Origin: Sphingomonas sp.
Lineage (GTDB): Bacteria > Pseudomonadota > Alphaproteobacteria > Sphingomonadales > Sphingomonadaceae
Length of the DNA stretch: 64,000 bases
Assembly (NCBI RefSeq): GCF_035758555.1
Contig: NZ_DASTXI010000060.1
Coordinates: 5,914-69,913, forward strand
Reading direction: 5' to 3'
Each line of letters begins with the position of its first letter. Position 1 is the first letter of the stretch. The notes beneath the pieces are model-generated. The model had not been told where the DNA came from. It did not search any database and worked only from the letters and a program-made list of their open reading frames with translations. The translations under genes and the position numbers were made by a program. Positions 28,101 to 39,501 of this stretch are shown in pieces.

Positions 28101-29900
28101 TTAGACGTACCGGTTGCGCACCACGCGCTCGAGAACGCTGAGCGGCATCGCGCCGAGCTTCAGCACGTCGTGGAACTGCTTCAGGTCGAAGCGGTCGCCC
28201 TGGCGCTGCTTCGCTTCGTCGCGCAGCCGCGCCCAGACGGTGTGGCCGATCTTGTAGCTGCAAGCCTGGCCGGGCCGGATCGTGTAGCGGTCGATCTCGC
28301 CCTGACTACGGCCGCGGGCGATGCCGGTATGCGCCATGAACCAGTCGGTCGCCTGCTCGCGGCTCCAGCGCTTCACGTGCATGCCGGAGTCGACCACGAG
28401 TCGCGTCGCGCGGAACAGGAACGACTGGAGATAGCCGACGCGGCCCAGCGGATCGCCGTCGAACATTCCCATCTCGTCGGCCAGCTGCTCGGTATAGAGC
28501 GCCCAGCCCTCGCCATATCCGGAAAAGAAGCTGCGGCGGCGGATCAGCGGGATCTCGGTGGATTCCATCGCCAGCATCACCTGCATATGGTGACCGGGCA
28601 CCGCTTCGTGGTGAGACAGCGTCGCGAGCCCGAATTTCGGCCGGTCGAACGTGTCGCGCAGGTTGATGAAGTAGATGCCGGGCCGCGAGCCGTCGAGCGT
28701 CGCGTTCTGGTAATAGCCGCCGGGGGCGCCCGCCTGGATCGACGGCGGCACGCGGCGGACCTCGACCGGCGCCTTGGGCAAGGTTGCGAAGGCTTCGGGG
28801 AGCCGCTTGTACATCGCCGCGACTTGGCCGCGCAGCTGGTTCAGCAGCGCTTCCTTGCCTTCGTCGGTATTCGGATAGAGCTGGTCCGGCCGCTTATTGA
28901 GCGCGACGAGCCGCTCGCCGACCGTGCCTTGGCTCATGCCTTCGCCCTTCAGGATCGTGTCGATCCGCCCCTCGATCTCGGCGACCTGCTCCAGCCCAAG
29001 CTTGTGGATCTCGTCGCCGGTCATCGACACGGTCGTGTAGCCCTCGGCAGCGACGGCGTAATAGGCTTCGCCCTCCGGCAGCCGCCACACGCCGGCGTCA
29101 TGCGTCGCCTTCGCGCGCAGCTCGCGGACCAGCGCGCGTTGCCGGTCGAGCGCGGGGAAGACCTGTTCGCGGACGATCTTTTCCGCCTCGGCGGCGCGCT
29201 CGGGCGGCAGCTTCGCGGCTGCCAGCTTCTGCGCGAATGAGGCGACCATCACCGTCTTCGCCGGCTCGACATCGCGGACGTCGCCCAGCAGCTTCAGCGT
29301 GGTGTCGAGGATATAGTCGGGCGCGAACACGCCTTTGGCGGCATCGGCGCGCTGGCGGCCGGTGTCGTTGTCGACCGCCTTCGCCATCTGCGACAAGCGA
29401 GCGAGATAGGCGTCGGCATCCGCCGCGTTCGTCACCCTGTGCGCATTGTCGAGGAAATCGGGAATGTCCTGATAGGACCCGTTCTGCTGGCTCAGGATAT
29501 AGGGCGAAAAACCGTCGCCATAAGGAAAGCGCGATCCGGCGATGGTGCGGTCGAGCTGATACTGGACGACGTCGTAATCGACCTGCGCATCGGCGCCGAG
29601 CCTGGCGCGATCGATCTTCGCAAGAGCTGCCGATTCCGCCTTGGTGCGCGCAAGGTGGCGCGCCTGGCCCGCTGCCGAGTTGTCGCTGAGCCGGCCACGC
29701 AGCGCGGCGCGCTCGCCCTTGTCGAGGCCAAGGCTGGTCGCCTGCTCCGGGCTGTCCTGCAGCCGGTCGTAGAAGAAGCGGTCGAGCAGCGTCCGCAACT
29801 CGGCGTCGGCGGCCCCCGGCGCGGCCTGCGCCAGCACCTTCGGGGCCAGTCCGATCGTCGCAAGAGCTCCGCTCGACAGAAGAAATGCGCGACGATTCAT
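28101..29900 (-). CDS. DUF885 family protein, Tat-exported putative metallopeptidase
   Basis: NRRAFLL twin-Arg signal; [28 protein letters not shown]. Confidence 0.88.
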   Translation of the reverse strand: MNRRAFLLSSGALATIGLAPKVLAQAAPGAADAELRTLLDRFFYDRLQDSPEQATSLGLDKGERAALRGRLSDNSAAGQARHLARTKAESAALAKIDRARLGADAQVDYDVVQYQLDRTIAGSRFPYGDGFSPYILSQQNGSYQDIPDFLDNAHRVTNAADADAYLARLSQMAKAVDNDTGRQRADAAKGVFAPDYILDTTLKLLGDVRDVEPAKTVMVASFAQKLAAAKLPPERAAEAEKIVREQVFPALDRQRALVRELRAKATHDAGVWRLPEGEAYYAVAAEGYTTVSMTGDEIHKLGLEQVAEIEGRIDTILKGEGMSQGTVGERLVALNKRPDQLYPNTDEGKEALLNQLRGQVAAMYKRLPEAFATLPKAPVEVRRVPPSIQAGAPGGYYQNATLDGSRPGIYFINLRDTFDRPKFGLATLSHHEAVPGHHMQVMLAMESTEIPLIRRRSFFSGYGEGWALYTEQLADEMGMFDGDPLGRVGYLQSFLFRATRLVVDSGMHVKRWSREQATDWFMAHTGIARGRSQGEIDRYTIRPGQACSYKIGHTVWARLRDEAKQRQGDRFDLKQFHDVLKLGAMPLSVLERVVRNRYV

Positions 29901-30037
29901 CAACCTGGCTCCATCAAATGAAGGGAATGACGCTTCCTGCCGGGACGGGACGGGACACGCAAGCGCGGTTTCGCTACAGCTCCGGAACGGGATGCCGGCA
30001 CATGCGCTTGGCCTTGCCGATGACGAGGAGAGTTTCG

Positions 30038-30388
30038 ATGGATTTGCGTATTGCGTTCGCCGCGGCGGCCCTGGCTCTGACGAATGCGCCGGCGGCGGCG
30101 CAGACCGCCAATGATGACGTAAAGTGCCTGCTGGCCTCCAATCTGTTCGTGAAGGCCGAAAAGGACCCGGGCAAACACCAGGTCGCGGTGCTTTCCTCTT
30201 ATTACTATCTCGGGCGCGTCGATGCGCGTCTGTCTGGAACGCAGCTGTCGGCCGCGCTGAAGGCGCAGGCGCCGACCATCAATGCCGAAAATGCGGGTCC
30301 GACGATGACCGCCTGCGCCAAGCGCGTGCAAGGCGCGGCCACTGCCATCCAGGCGCTCGGCAAGTCGATCACCGGCGCACCGAAATAG
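30038..30388 (+). CDS. Small exported hypothetical protein
   Basis: SD GAGGAG; signal peptide; DVKCL, YYLGRVDAR, two Cys. Confidence 0.7.
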   Translation: MDLRIAFAAAALALTNAPAAAQTANDDVKCLLASNLFVKAEKDPGKHQVAVLSSYYYLGRVDARLSGTQLSAALKAQAPTINAENAGPTMTACAKRVQGAATAIQALGKSITGAPK

Positions 30389-30417
30389 GGGCAGCGTTCC
30401 CGATCGCGCGATCGGGC

Positions 30418-30446
30418 TTGACTCTAATGAGAATGATTAGCAATAG
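30418..30446 (+). promoter_or_regulatory. Fur box overlapping a sigma70 promoter
   Basis: TTGACT followed by CTAATGAGAATGATTAGC, close to the Fur consensus GATAATGATAATCATTATC. Confidence 0.7.
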
Positions 30447-30488
30447 CGAACCCTAACAAGCGCAACAGCGCGAAAAGGGGTTCGTTTC

Positions 30489-32894
30489 ATGTCTGCACGT
30501 TCCGTCGCCGCTGGCGGCGCTTATCTGGCTTTGGGGTGCATCGGTTTTCTGGCGACGGCACCCGCCGCTGCGGCGGGCGCTGCCGATGCCGCCGATCCGA
30601 CGATGCTGGCCGCGGCCGAGGCGCAGTCGATCGTCGTCAACGGGCTGTACGGTCAGGAACTGGAGAGCCCGAAGGCGGTCGCGCCGTTGCTCGACACGCC
30701 GCAGACCGTCACCGTCATCAGCGACCAGGTGATCCGCAAGCAGAACCTGCTGACGTTGCGCGACGCGCTTTCGACGATCCCCGGCATCACCTTCGGCGCG
30801 GGCGAAGGCGGAGGCGGCTATGGCGACAGCATCAACCTGCGCGGCTTTTCGGCGAACAACGACCTGACGCAGGACGGCGTGCGCGACAGCGCGCAATACA
30901 GCCGCACCGATCCGTTCAACCTGCAGCAGATCGAGGTCTATAACGGTGCCAATTCGGTGTTCAACGGCGCCGGATCGGTCGGCGGCACGATCAACCTGGT
31001 GTCCAAGACGCCGCAAGCCGGCGACCTGACGATCGTGCAGGGAAGCCTTGGCACCGACGACTATTATCGCGGCTCTGTCGACTCCAACTGGCGCGCAAGC
31101 GACCTGATCGCGCTGCGGCTGAACGCGATGATCCACCGCAACGACGTGCCGGGCCGCGATGTCGAACGCTACAAGCGCTGGGGCGTCGCGCCGGCCGTGA
31201 CAATCGGCATCGATGGCCCGACCAGCCTGACGCTCGCCTATCTACACCAGAAGGATGACAACACGCCGGTCTACGGCGTGCCATATTTCAGGAACCAGCT
31301 GAACGACGGCCCGCTACCGGGCACCAGCCCGACCGACTATTACGGGTATCGCAACCTGGACGAGCAGGACATTCGCGTCGACCGGTTGACCGCCACGCTC
31401 GGTCACGATTTCGGCAACGGCATGAGCCTGCGCAACCTCGCGCGCTGGCAGCGGGTCGGGCAATACAGCCAGACGAGCGCGCCGCAGGGCACGTTCTGCC
31501 TTGCCGAAACCGGGCGGCAGCCGGTTTCCGCCGCCGCGAACGACAGTGTCGGCGCACCGTGCCCGGCGGGCCTCATGCCCGGCTTGTGGCAGCCCTCCGG
31601 CCCGCGCGGGCTGGTGCGGGACCAGGAAAACCAATTGCTCTACAACCAGGCCGATCTGCGCTGGAATACGGGCGAGAAAGGGCGGCTGTTCAACACGCTG
31701 GTGATCGGCGCCGCCTTCACCTGGGAGGATTATCAGATCGAGACGGCGTCGCTGCCGCGGAACGCCGACGGCTCCGCCGTGACGCTGCCGGTCGAACAGA
31801 TCGTCGATCCGGTTACGGTCTATGCGGGGCCGGTCAACTACACCGTTACCGCCCGGTCGAAGAACGAGAGCCGCAACCGCGCGGTCTATCTGTTCGACAA
31901 TCTCGAGATCGGGAAGTTCGAGCTGAACGGAGCGGTGCGTTACGAGCAGAACCGTGCGCAGTTCCGCGCGATCCCGCTGCCCGTCTACGCGCCGGGCGCT
32001 CGCGTGCCGACGGCGGCGGAACTGGCGGTTCAGCACAGCAGCGAAGACCTGTTCTCATACCGGATCGGGGCCGTGTTCAAGCCGGTCGAGACGGTCAGCC
32101 TCTATGCCTCGATGGGCAATTCGAAGACCCCATCGGCGGCGACCGTGCGGCTCGACTGCGGCAGCGGATCGGGCGCCAGCTTCGCCGTTTTCTGCGACGT
32201 GGCACCGGAAAAGGCACGCACCTACGAAATCGGCGTCAAGGCGGACCTGTTCGGCGGTTTGCAGGCGACCGCGGCGCTGTTCCGCAACGAACGCACCAAT
32301 TTCCGCGTGCCGTCCAACGATCCCGCGCAACCGGCGGGCCTGCAGGTGCTGGACGGTCGCTCGCGCGTCGACGGCCTCGCGCTGGGGCTGACCGGCACGA
32401 TCGCGGATGGCTGGACCGTCTTCGCCAACTACACCTATCTGGACAGCAAGGTGCTGCAGAGCGTCTCCGACACCTGCCTCGCCACTCCGGGCGCGGACTG
32501 CCGCAACAGCGCCGCCATCCCTGACCCGCAACGCGGCGACGATCTGATCCAGACGCCGAAACATTCCGGCAGCCTGTTCACCAGCTACCGATTCCCGTTC
32601 GGGCTCGAGCTCGGCTACGGCTTTACCTATCAGGGCAGCTTCGCGCTCAACCAGCGGACGCTGTTGCAGCGGACGCAATACCGGTCGGACGACTATCTCG
32701 TGCACCGGATCTACGTCGCCTATCCGTTCGCGCCGGGGTTCACTGCCCAGCTGAACGTGCAGAACGTGACCAACGCGCATTATTTCACGTCGATCCGCAA
32801 CAATGTGAACGCGACCAGCGGTATCGTCACCGGCGGCTGGGCCGCGCCGGGCGAGGCGCGATCGGCAGTGTTCAGCCTGGTGTATAGTTTTTGA
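30489..32894 (+). CDS. TonB-dependent receptor, Fiu/PiuA-like
   Basis: LLDTPQTV, PGITFGAGEGG, LRGF, DGVRD, FNLQQIEV; C-terminal F; followed by a PKHD hydroxylase and PepSY gene. Confidence 0.9.
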   Translation: MSARSVAAGGAYLALGCIGFLATAPAAAAGAADAADPTMLAAAEAQSIVVNGLYGQELESPKAVAPLLDTPQTVTVISDQVIRKQNLLTLRDALSTIPGITFGAGEGGGGYGDSINLRGFSANNDLTQDGVRDSAQYSRTDPFNLQQIEVYNGANSVFNGAGSVGGTINLVSKTPQAGDLTIVQGSLGTDDYYRGSVDSNWRASDLIALRLNAMIHRNDVPGRDVERYKRWGVAPAVTIGIDGPTSLTLAYLHQKDDNTPVYGVPYFRNQLNDGPLPGTSPTDYYGYRNLDEQDIRVDRLTATLGHDFGNGMSLRNLARWQRVGQYSQTSAPQGTFCLAETGRQPVSAAANDSVGAPCPAGLMPGLWQPSGPRGLVRDQENQLLYNQADLRWNTGEKGRLFNTLVIGAAFTWEDYQIETASLPRNADGSAVTLPVEQIVDPVTVYAGPVNYTVTARSKNESRNRAVYLFDNLEIGKFELNGAVRYEQNRAQFRAIPLPVYAPGARVPTAAELAVQHSSEDLFSYRIGAVFKPVETVSLYASMGNSKTPSAATVRLDCGSGSGASFAVFCDVAPEKARTYEIGVKADLFGGLQATAALFRNERTNFRVPSNDPAQPAGLQVLDGRSRVDGLALGLTGTIADGWTVFANYTYLDSKVLQSVSDTCLATPGADCRNSAAIPDPQRGDDLIQTPKHSGSLFTSYRFPFGLELGYGFTYQGSFALNQRTLLQRTQYRSDDYLVHRIYVAYPFAPGFTAQLNVQNVTNAHYFTSIRNNVNATSGIVTGGWAAPGEARSAVFSLVYSF

Positions 32895-32909
32895 GCCGGT
32901 TTCGCATTT

Positions 32910-32998
32910 TTCGTCATGCCGGACTTGATCGGGCATCCACCTTCTTCAAACCTCGCCGGGCAAGCAGGTGGACCCCGGATCAAGTCCGGGGTGACGAA
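32910..32998. repeat. CGTC-tagged palindromic repeat (family A) inside the operon
   Basis: TTCGTCATGCCGGACTTGATCGGGCATCCAC...GTGGACCCCGGATCAAGTCCGGGGTGACGAA. Confidence 0.85.
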
Positions 32999-33009
32999 GG
33001 AGTTCACCG

Positions 33010-33687
33010 ATGATGATCGCTATCCCCGACGTCTTGACGCCCGAGCAGGTGGCGCGGGTGCGCGCGATCGTCGACGCGGCGGAATGGGTGGACGGCAATG
33101 TCAGCTCGGGGCGGCAGGCGGCGCTGACGAAGCGCAACGAGCAACTGCCCGATGACAGCGCGGCGGCGCGAGAGGCGGGGGGAATCGTGCTCGATGCGCT
33201 CGGCCGCACCGCGCTGTTCATCGCCGCGGCGCTGCCGGCGAAGGTGCTGCCGCCGATGTTCAACCGCTATGCCGGCGGCCAGGCGTTCGGCACGCATATC
33301 GACAACGCGATCCGCATCCGCGGCGACTTCCGGATGCGCGCGGACCTTTCCGCGACCGTGTTCCTGGAAGAGCCCGACGCCTATGACGGCGGCGAGCTGG
33401 TGGTCGAAGGTGCGTTCGGTACGCAGCGCGTGAAGCTTCCGGCCGGGCATCTGGTGCTCTATCCATCGTCGAGCCAGCACCGGGTCGAGCCGGTCACGCG
33501 GGGGGCACGTACCGCCAGCTTCTTCTGGATCGAAAGCATGGTCCGCGACGACGCCGCGCGGCGCAGCCTGTTCGAGCTGGATGGCGCGATTCAGGCGCTG
33601 GGCGCGAAAGTGGGGCAGGGCGATCCGGCGATCGTCCAGCTGACCGGCGTTTATCACAACCTCTTGAGACGGTGGGCGAACAGTTGA
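33010..33687 (+). CDS. PKHD-type Fe(II)/2-oxoglutarate hydroxylase (PiuC/YbiX-like)
   Basis: FNRY, HIDNA (HxD), [33 protein letters not shown]. Confidence 0.92.
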   Translation: MMIAIPDVLTPEQVARVRAIVDAAEWVDGNVSSGRQAALTKRNEQLPDDSAAAREAGGIVLDALGRTALFIAAALPAKVLPPMFNRYAGGQAFGTHIDNAIRIRGDFRMRADLSATVFLEEPDAYDGGELVVEGAFGTQRVKLPAGHLVLYPSSSQHRVEPVTRGARTASFFWIESMVRDDAARRSLFELDGAIQALGAKVGQGDPAIVQLTGVYHNLLRRWANS

Positions 33688-34733
33688 GCAAGGTCGAGCT
33701 GAGGAACCTCTGGTTCAGCGTACACAAATGGATCGGGCTGCTGCTCGCGATCCTGATCATCCCGCTGAGCCTCAGCGGATCGGCGCTGGTGTGGCACGAT
33801 TGGCTCGACGCGCAGGTGAACCCGGCGCGTTACGCAGTCACTGGCCCCGCGGCGCTGCCGCCCAGCCGCTATATCGCGGCGGCCGAGGACGTACTGGCGC
33901 CTGGCGAGCGGATCGCGTCCCTGCGCTATCCGGAAGGCGCAGGTCCGGTGGTCGTGACCGCCGCGGCAGCAGACGCGGGGCCGCGGCAGCGGACCAACGT
34001 CTATCTCGACGGCGCGACTGCGCGGGTGCTCGACAAGGCGGGATCGAACGACGGCGCGGTGCGAGTGCTGCACCGGCTGCACGGCACGCTGATGGTGCCG
34101 GGCATGGGGCGGCAGATCGTCGGCTGGATCGGCGTCGCGATGCTGACTTCGTCGCTGACCGGGCTGTGGCTCTGGTGGCCGCTGACCGGCAGCGTGCGCC
34201 GCGGCTTCCGCTGGAAGCGGCGGCCGCAGTTCGACGCCAACCTCCACCACCAATTCGGCTTCTGGGTGTGCATACCATTGGCGATGCTGAGCCTGACCGG
34301 CGCGTGGATCAGTTTCCCGGCCTTTTTCGGATCGCTGTCCGGCGCGAAGCCGCCGCAACGGTCCGCACCCTCCGCGCCGCTCGTCGAGACGGCGCAGCGG
34401 GTGGACGATGTGCTGCAAGGCATCGGCGGGAGAGCTGTCGCGGTCACATGGCCGACGGATAAGAGCCCGGTCTGGAAGATTGCGCTCGAACAGGGCGAGG
34501 CCGAAGCGGCGGATGCGAGCGGCGCGGTCACAACCCGTCCGCCGCGGCCGGAGACGCTCGCGCGGACGATGCGGCGCTGGCACGACGGCACCGGCATGGG
34601 GCCGGTGTGGCAGGTCGTGATCTTCCTGGGCGGGATCATTCCAGCCGTGCTGGCCGTGACCGGCGTGACGATGTGGATCGGCACACGGCGCTGGCGCAAG
34701 CGGCCTGTGCGAAAGCTGGCGGCGGCGGAGTGA
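33684..34733 (+). CDS. PepSY-associated TM helix protein (PiuB-like)
   Basis: VHKWIG, HRLHG, LHHQFG, RWHDG; TTGA overlap. Confidence 0.85.
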   Translation: MSKVELRNLWFSVHKWIGLLLAILIIPLSLSGSALVWHDWLDAQVNPARYAVTGPAALPPSRYIAAAEDVLAPGERIASLRYPEGAGPVVVTAAAADAGPRQRTNVYLDGATARVLDKAGSNDGAVRVLHRLHGTLMVPGMGRQIVGWIGVAMLTSSLTGLWLWWPLTGSVRRGFRWKRRPQFDANLHHQFGFWVCIPLAMLSLTGAWISFPAFFGSLSGAKPPQRSAPSAPLVETAQRVDDVLQGIGGRAVAVTWPTDKSPVWKIALEQGEAEAADASGAVTTRPPRPETLARTMRRWHDGTGMGPVWQVVIFLGGIIPAVLAVTGVTMWIGTRRWRKRPVRKLAAAE

Positions 34734-34737
34734 GAAA

Positions 34738-34762
34738 AGCCCTCCCCACGAGGGGGAGGGCT
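34738..34762. terminator. Hairpin between convergent genes
   Basis: AGCCCTCCCC-ACGAG-GGGGAGGGCT with A-run on the left (U-tail on minus strand). Confidence 0.6.
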
Positions 34763-34766
34763 GAAA

Positions 34767-37700
34767 TCATCGTCCCAGCAACACTCGGGCCTGGCCTGCG
34801 ATCTGAGCCAGCATCGCCGCATTCGGCGATGTCGTCGCGCGGGCGCGATGGATCAGGTCGCGGAATTGGGCGACCCGGCCGGACTGCCGGGCGAGCCAGT
34901 CCTGCGTGAAGCCTTGCGGGTTCTCAGCACCGGCGCGGGCGAGGAAATCCAGCCGCATCTGCTGGAAGTCGCGGGCAAGGCCGGCGGCCAGCAGCCGTTC
35001 CCACGGATCGCTGGGGCTGAGCCGGTTCGCGGTCGCCTGCGCCCAGTCGAGCCCCAATGCTTCGCCGAGGCTGGTGAAGGCGCGCGTCAGCACGACTTCG
35101 TCGGTGTTGGTCTCGACGCCCAGCGTGGCGAGGCCGACCGCGCCGTCCATCTCGTAGAGCCGCACGACGCGGCGCACCAATTCCTCCGGCGCGCCGGCGG
35201 TGACCAGCCGGTCGGTGAGTGCCGCGGACGAGGCCTGCGCCTCTTCCTCGAGCAATCCTTCGAGGTTGGCGTCGAGCCGCTCGATGCCGGACCCGAGCCG
35301 CGCCACCAGATCGCCGGGCTGCGTGCCCGGATCGGCCGAGCGGAGGAGGTCGGCCATCTGCGCGCGCACGCCGAGCGCCAGCGCATCGAGCAAGGTGATG
35401 CGCGCAGCCTCCGTCATCGGCGCGACGTCGATCGCTTCCCATAGATCGCGCAGGCTGTAGAGCCGCTCGGCAGCGACAAAGGCCGCCGCGAGGTCGCCCA
35501 GCGCCGCACCTTCCTCCTCGGCTAGCTCGAACGGATGGATCACGCCCAGCCGGTTGACGAGGCGGTTGGCGATCTTTGTGGCGAGGATCTCGTTGCGGAG
35601 TTGGTGCTGCTCGATCGCAGTGGCGAAGCCCTCCCGCATTTCCGGCGGGAAAGCAGCGAGCAGGGCAGGCACCAGGCTGGGATCGTCGCCCAGCCGCGCG
35701 GCCTCGATCGCGTCCTGCAGCGACAGCTTGGCCGTCGAGATCAGCACCGCGAGTTCGGGCCGGGTCAGCCCGCGATTCTCCTGCGCACGGCGCAGCAGCT
35801 CGTCGTTGGCGGCCAGCCCTTCGACCGCGCGGTCGAGCCGGCCTGCGGCTTCGAACGTCTCGATCAGTCGGACATAGGCGGGCAGTTCCTCGACCGCGCC
35901 GGCCTCTGCGATCGAGAGCGCCAGCGTCTGGTGCCGATTGTCGTCGAGTACCAGTTCGGCGACGTCGCCGGTCATCCGGGCGAGCAGCGCGTTGCGATCC
36001 TCGAACGCGAGCCGGCCCTCGTTCATCTCGCGGTTCAACGCGATCTTGATGTTGACCTCATTGTCCGAGCAGTCGACGCCGGCCGAGTTGTCGATGAAGT
36101 CGGTGTTGATCCGCCCGCCATGCGACGCGTAGCCAATGCGTCCGGCCTGGGTGACGCCCAGGTTCGCCCCTTCGCCGATCACCCGCGCTCGGATATCCTC
36201 GCCGTTGACGCGGAGAGCGTCGTTGGCGGCATCGCCCACCTCCTGGTTGGATTCAGCGCGCGCCTTCACATAGGTGCCGATGCCGCCGAACCAGATCAGG
36301 TCGACCGGGCTCTTCAGGATCGCAGAGATCAGCGCCGCAGGCTCCAGCTCGGCGGTGCTGATGCCCAATGCTTCCTGCGCCTCCGGCGAAAGCTTGATCG
36401 TCTTGGCGGTGCGCGGGAACACGCCGCCGCCTTCCGATATCAGCTTTTCGTCATAATCCGCCCAGCTGGAGCGGGGCAGGTTGAACAGACGGTTCCGCTC
36501 GTCCCAGCTCTTTGCCGGATCGGGGGCGGGATCGATGAAGATGTGGCGATGGTCGAACGCGGCGACCAGCTTGATCGCCTTCGACAGCAGCATGCCGTTG
36601 CCGAACACGTCGCCCGACATGTCGCCGCAACCGACGACGCGGACGGACTCCGTCTGCACGTCGATGCCCATTTCGGCGAAGTGGCGCTGGACCGAGACCC
36701 AGCCGCCGCGGGCGGTGATGCCCATCGCCTTGTGGTCATAGCCATGGCTGCCGCCCGACGCGAACGCGTCGCCGAGCCAGAAATTGCGCTCCAGCGCGAT
36801 CGCGTTGGCAACGTCGGAAAAGGTCGCGGTGCCCTTGTCCGCTGCCACGACGAAATATGGGTCGTCGCCGTCGCGCGACACGACGCGATCCGGATGCACG
36901 ACCTGGCCTGCGACGATATTGTCGGTGACGGACAGCAAGGATCGGATGAAGATGCGGTAGGATTCCTTGCCTTCCGCCAGCCAGGCGTCGCGGTTCTGCG
37001 GGTTCGGCAGCTGCTTGGGAAAAAAGCCGCCCTTCGCGCCGGTTGGCACGATCACCGCATTCTTCACCCGCTGCGCCTTCATCAGGCCCAGAATCTCGGT
37101 GCGGAAATCGTCGCGCCGGTCGGACCAGCGCAGGCCGCCCCGCGCGACCGGGCCGGCCCGCAGGTGAATGCCTTCGACGCGGGGGCTGTACACCCAGATC
37201 TCGCGCCACGGCACCGGCGCCGGCAGTCCTGGCACCTGGTGGCTGTCGAGCTTGAACGCCAGCGCCTCGGTGGCGGCGGGCGAGTAGGCGTTGGTGCGGA
37301 GCGTCGCCGAGACGACGCCGCGGATCATCCGGAGGATGCGGTCGTCGTCGGCCGCCTGCACGCCGGCCAGCCCGGTTTCGATGCAGGCGAGTGCCGCATC
37401 GGCGGCGCCTTCGAAGCAATTGTCCGGATTGTGACGCGCATCGAACAGGTCGATGATGCCGCGGGCGACGGCCGGCGCGCGGCGCAGCGCATCGACAACG
37501 GTCTGGAGGCCGTAGGACAGGCCGGTCTGCCGCAGATAGCGGAACCAGGCGCGGAACAGCACCGCCTCGTGCGGCAGCATCGAGTTGGTGACGACCAGCC
37601 GGTTGAACTGGTCGTTTTCCGCCGCGCCCGACAACACGGCGGCGATCGCCGGCTCGATCACATCCGCGCGGGCAAGCAGCGTGTCGGCGACCTGGCCGTC

Positions 37701-39413
37701 GTCCAGCTCCAGCAGGAAATCGGAAATGTCGCCCAGTCCGTCGTCGAGCGTCGCGGGCACTTCCTCCATGACGCGGAACCCGAAATTCTCGAGCGCCGGC
37801 ACCGCCGAGGACAGCGGCACCATGCCGCCGAGATTGAAGATCTTCAGCCGCAGCTGGCGGGGGCCGTCGCGGTCGAGCCGGTGCAGGCGGACCGCGCGCG
37901 TGCCGGGTTCCTCCAGCTCGGCCAGCCGCAGCACGTCCAGCGCCGCTTCGCCGGGCGTGTAGCGACCGCGGTAATAGACCGGGAAATTATTGGCGTATTT
38001 CAGGCGCAGGCGTGCAGCGCGGCCGCTATCCACATGTTCGGCAAGCGTCGCCTCGATCGCAGGCGCCCAGCCGCGCACCATCTCCCCGATCCGGCGATCG
38101 AGCGCGTCGGTGTCAGGCACATGGCCTTCGCGAATGTCCAGCGTGTAGCGGATCAGGGCAAGGTCGCCGCTTTCCAGCGCCACCGCCCAGTTCAGGATTT
38201 TGGCATCGGCCGATTCGGCCAGCATGCGGCCGATCATCACGCGCCGCGCCGTCGTCAGCTCTTCGCGCGGCAGCCACACGAACGCGAAGACGTGGCGGTC
38301 CAGCGCGCCGGAGACAGTCACCAGTTTCGGCCGGGGACGGTCGGACAGCGACATGAAAGTCAGCGCCAGCCGCTCCAGATCGGCCGGCGTGAAGGCGATC
38401 AGCAGGTCGTGCGGCAGCGTTGCGATCGCGTGCGCCAACGCCTTGCCGGCATGGCCGGCCGGATCGAAGCCGTATTTCTCCTGCAGCGCAGCCAGCCGCG
38501 CGCGCAGGATCGGGATCTTGTTCGGCGGGGTTGCCAGCGCCGCGCTGGTCCACAGGCCGGCATGGATCGACAGCGCCTTGACCTTGCCGCCTTCGCGACG
38601 CGGCAGCAGGATCAGGTCGATCGGCGCGCGGCGATGGACCGTCGCGACCACGTTCGACTTGATCAGCAGCGGCGCTTCGCCGCCATTTTCGAACCAGTCG
38701 AACGCGCGCTTCACCGAACCGGCGGCAAGCAGATGCTCCCGCCGCCCGACGCTGGAAATGCCGAGCGCGTCCGACTTGCCATTGCTGCGGTCGCGCACTT
38801 CGTGACCGAGCTGGGTGAAATGATATTCCAGGAACCAGCGCAGCAGCGCCGCGCCTTCGCCATCGGGCAGGCGATCGGCATCGGCCTTCATCGCGCGCTG
38901 CATCATCGGCCAGTCGTTCACGGCGGCGCGGACGTCGGCCAGTACGGCCTCGATCTCGTCGCAAAGCGCGCGGCGCACACGGGCATCGGCGCGCTCGACC
39001 TCCAGATAGATCATCGATTCGCGCCGGGCGCCTTCCTCGCCGGGCGCCAGCGCGAGCAGCTTGCCGTCGGCATCGCGGCGGACGCGGACCACCGGGTGGA
39101 GCACGCGGTCGATCGACAGCTCGTGCGCAGTGACGGTGCCGGCAACCGAATCGACGAGAAAAGGCATATCGTCGTTGACGATGCCGAGCCGCATGAAGCG
39201 GCGGCCATGGCCCACCGATTCCATCCGGACCGACGGCGAGCCGGCCGCGCGCTGCGCCGCGGTCTCTGCCATGAACCGTGCGGCTTCGGCCAAGGCGTCG
39301 CCGTCGAAGCCGTCAAGCTCGCCGGGCAAGGCTCCCTTCACCAGGGCACCAGAAATGTCGCTGATAAGCTTTTGATCCGGCACGTCCTGCCGGTCGCGCG
39401 TGGCCGTCGCCAT
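34767..39413 (-). CDS. gdhB: NAD-specific glutamate dehydrogenase, large type (1548 aa)
   Basis: NDDMPFLVDS, ARGGLRWSDR, VKNAVIVP, VVAADKGTATFSD, GDMSGDVFGNG, EGANLG. Confidence 0.93.
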   Translation of the reverse strand: MATATRDRQDVPDQKLISDISGALVKGALPGELDGFDGDALAEAARFMAETAAQRAAGSPSVRMESVGHGRRFMRLGIVNDDMPFLVDSVAGTVTAHELSIDRVLHPVVRVRRDADGKLLALAPGEEGARRESMIYLEVERADARVRRALCDEIEAVLADVRAAVNDWPMMQRAMKADADRLPDGEGAALLRWFLEYHFTQLGHEVRDRSNGKSDALGISSVGRREHLLAAGSVKRAFDWFENGGEAPLLIKSNVVATVHRRAPIDLILLPRREGGKVKALSIHAGLWTSAALATPPNKIPILRARLAALQEKYGFDPAGHAGKALAHAIATLPHDLLIAFTPADLERLALTFMSLSDRPRPKLVTVSGALDRHVFAFVWLPREELTTARRVMIGRMLAESADAKILNWAVALESGDLALIRYTLDIREGHVPDTDALDRRIGEMVRGWAPAIEATLAEHVDSGRAARLRLKYANNFPVYYRGRYTPGEAALDVLRLAELEEPGTRAVRLHRLDRDGPRQLRLKIFNLGGMVPLSSAVPALENFGFRVMEEVPATLDDGLGDISDFLLELDDGQVADTLLARADVIEPAIAAVLSGAAENDQFNRLVVTNSMLPHEAVLFRAWFRYLRQTGLSYGLQTVVDALRRAPAVARGIIDLFDARHNPDNCFEGAADAALACIETGLAGVQAADDDRILRMIRGVVSATLRTNAYSPAATEALAFKLDSHQVPGLPAPVPWREIWVYSPRVEGIHLRAGPVARGGLRWSDRRDDFRTEILGLMKAQRVKNAVIVPTGAKGGFFPKQLPNPQNRDAWLAEGKESYRIFIRSLLSVTDNIVAGQVVHPDRVVSRDGDDPYFVVAADKGTATFSDVANAIALERNFWLGDAFASGGSHGYDHKAMGITARGGWVSVQRHFAEMGIDVQTESVRVVGCGDMSGDVFGNGMLLSKAIKLVAAFDHRHIFIDPAPDPAKSWDERNRLFNLPRSSWADYDEKLISEGGGVFPRTAKTIKLSPEAQEALGISTAELEPAALISAILKSPVDLIWFGGIGTYVKARAESNQEVGDAANDALRVNGEDIRARVIGEGANLGVTQAGRIGYASHGGRINTDFIDNSAGVDCSDNEVNIKIALNREMNEGRLAFEDRNALLARMTGDVAELVLDDNRHQTLALSIAEAGAVEELPAYVRLIETFEAAGRLDRAVEGLAANDELLRRAQENRGLTRPELAVLISTAKLSLQDAIEAARLGDDPSLVPALLAAFPPEMREGFATAIEQHQLRNEILATKIANRLVNRLGVIHPFELAEEEGAALGDLAAAFVAAERLYSLRDLWEAIDVAPMTEAARITLLDALALGVRAQMADLLRSADPGTQPGDLVARLGSGIERLDANLEGLLEEEAQASSAALTDRLVTAGAPEELVRRVVRLYEMDGAVGLATLGVETNTDEVVLTRAFTSLGEALGLDWAQATANRLSPSDPWERLLAAGLARDFQQMRLDFLARAGAENPQGFTQDWLARQSGRVAQFRDLIHRARATTSPNAAMLAQIAGQARVLLGR

Positions 39414-39501
39414 GAAACTCCGCCTGCGATGTGAACCCGTTCAACGGGCTAATGGCAGGCGCTATGCGCCGGGCGCAGAACTATCTCAACCCCGTAGCAG
39501 G

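Noticed and set aside
14085-34733. Two Fur-boxed TBDR-PepSY loci as novel systems
   Set aside because: They match known siderophore-uptake and Piu-type operon layouts
35535-39434. 1299-aa ORF antisense to NAD-GDH
   Set aside because: Typical stop-poor antisense shadow of a high-GC gene; no recognisable motifs
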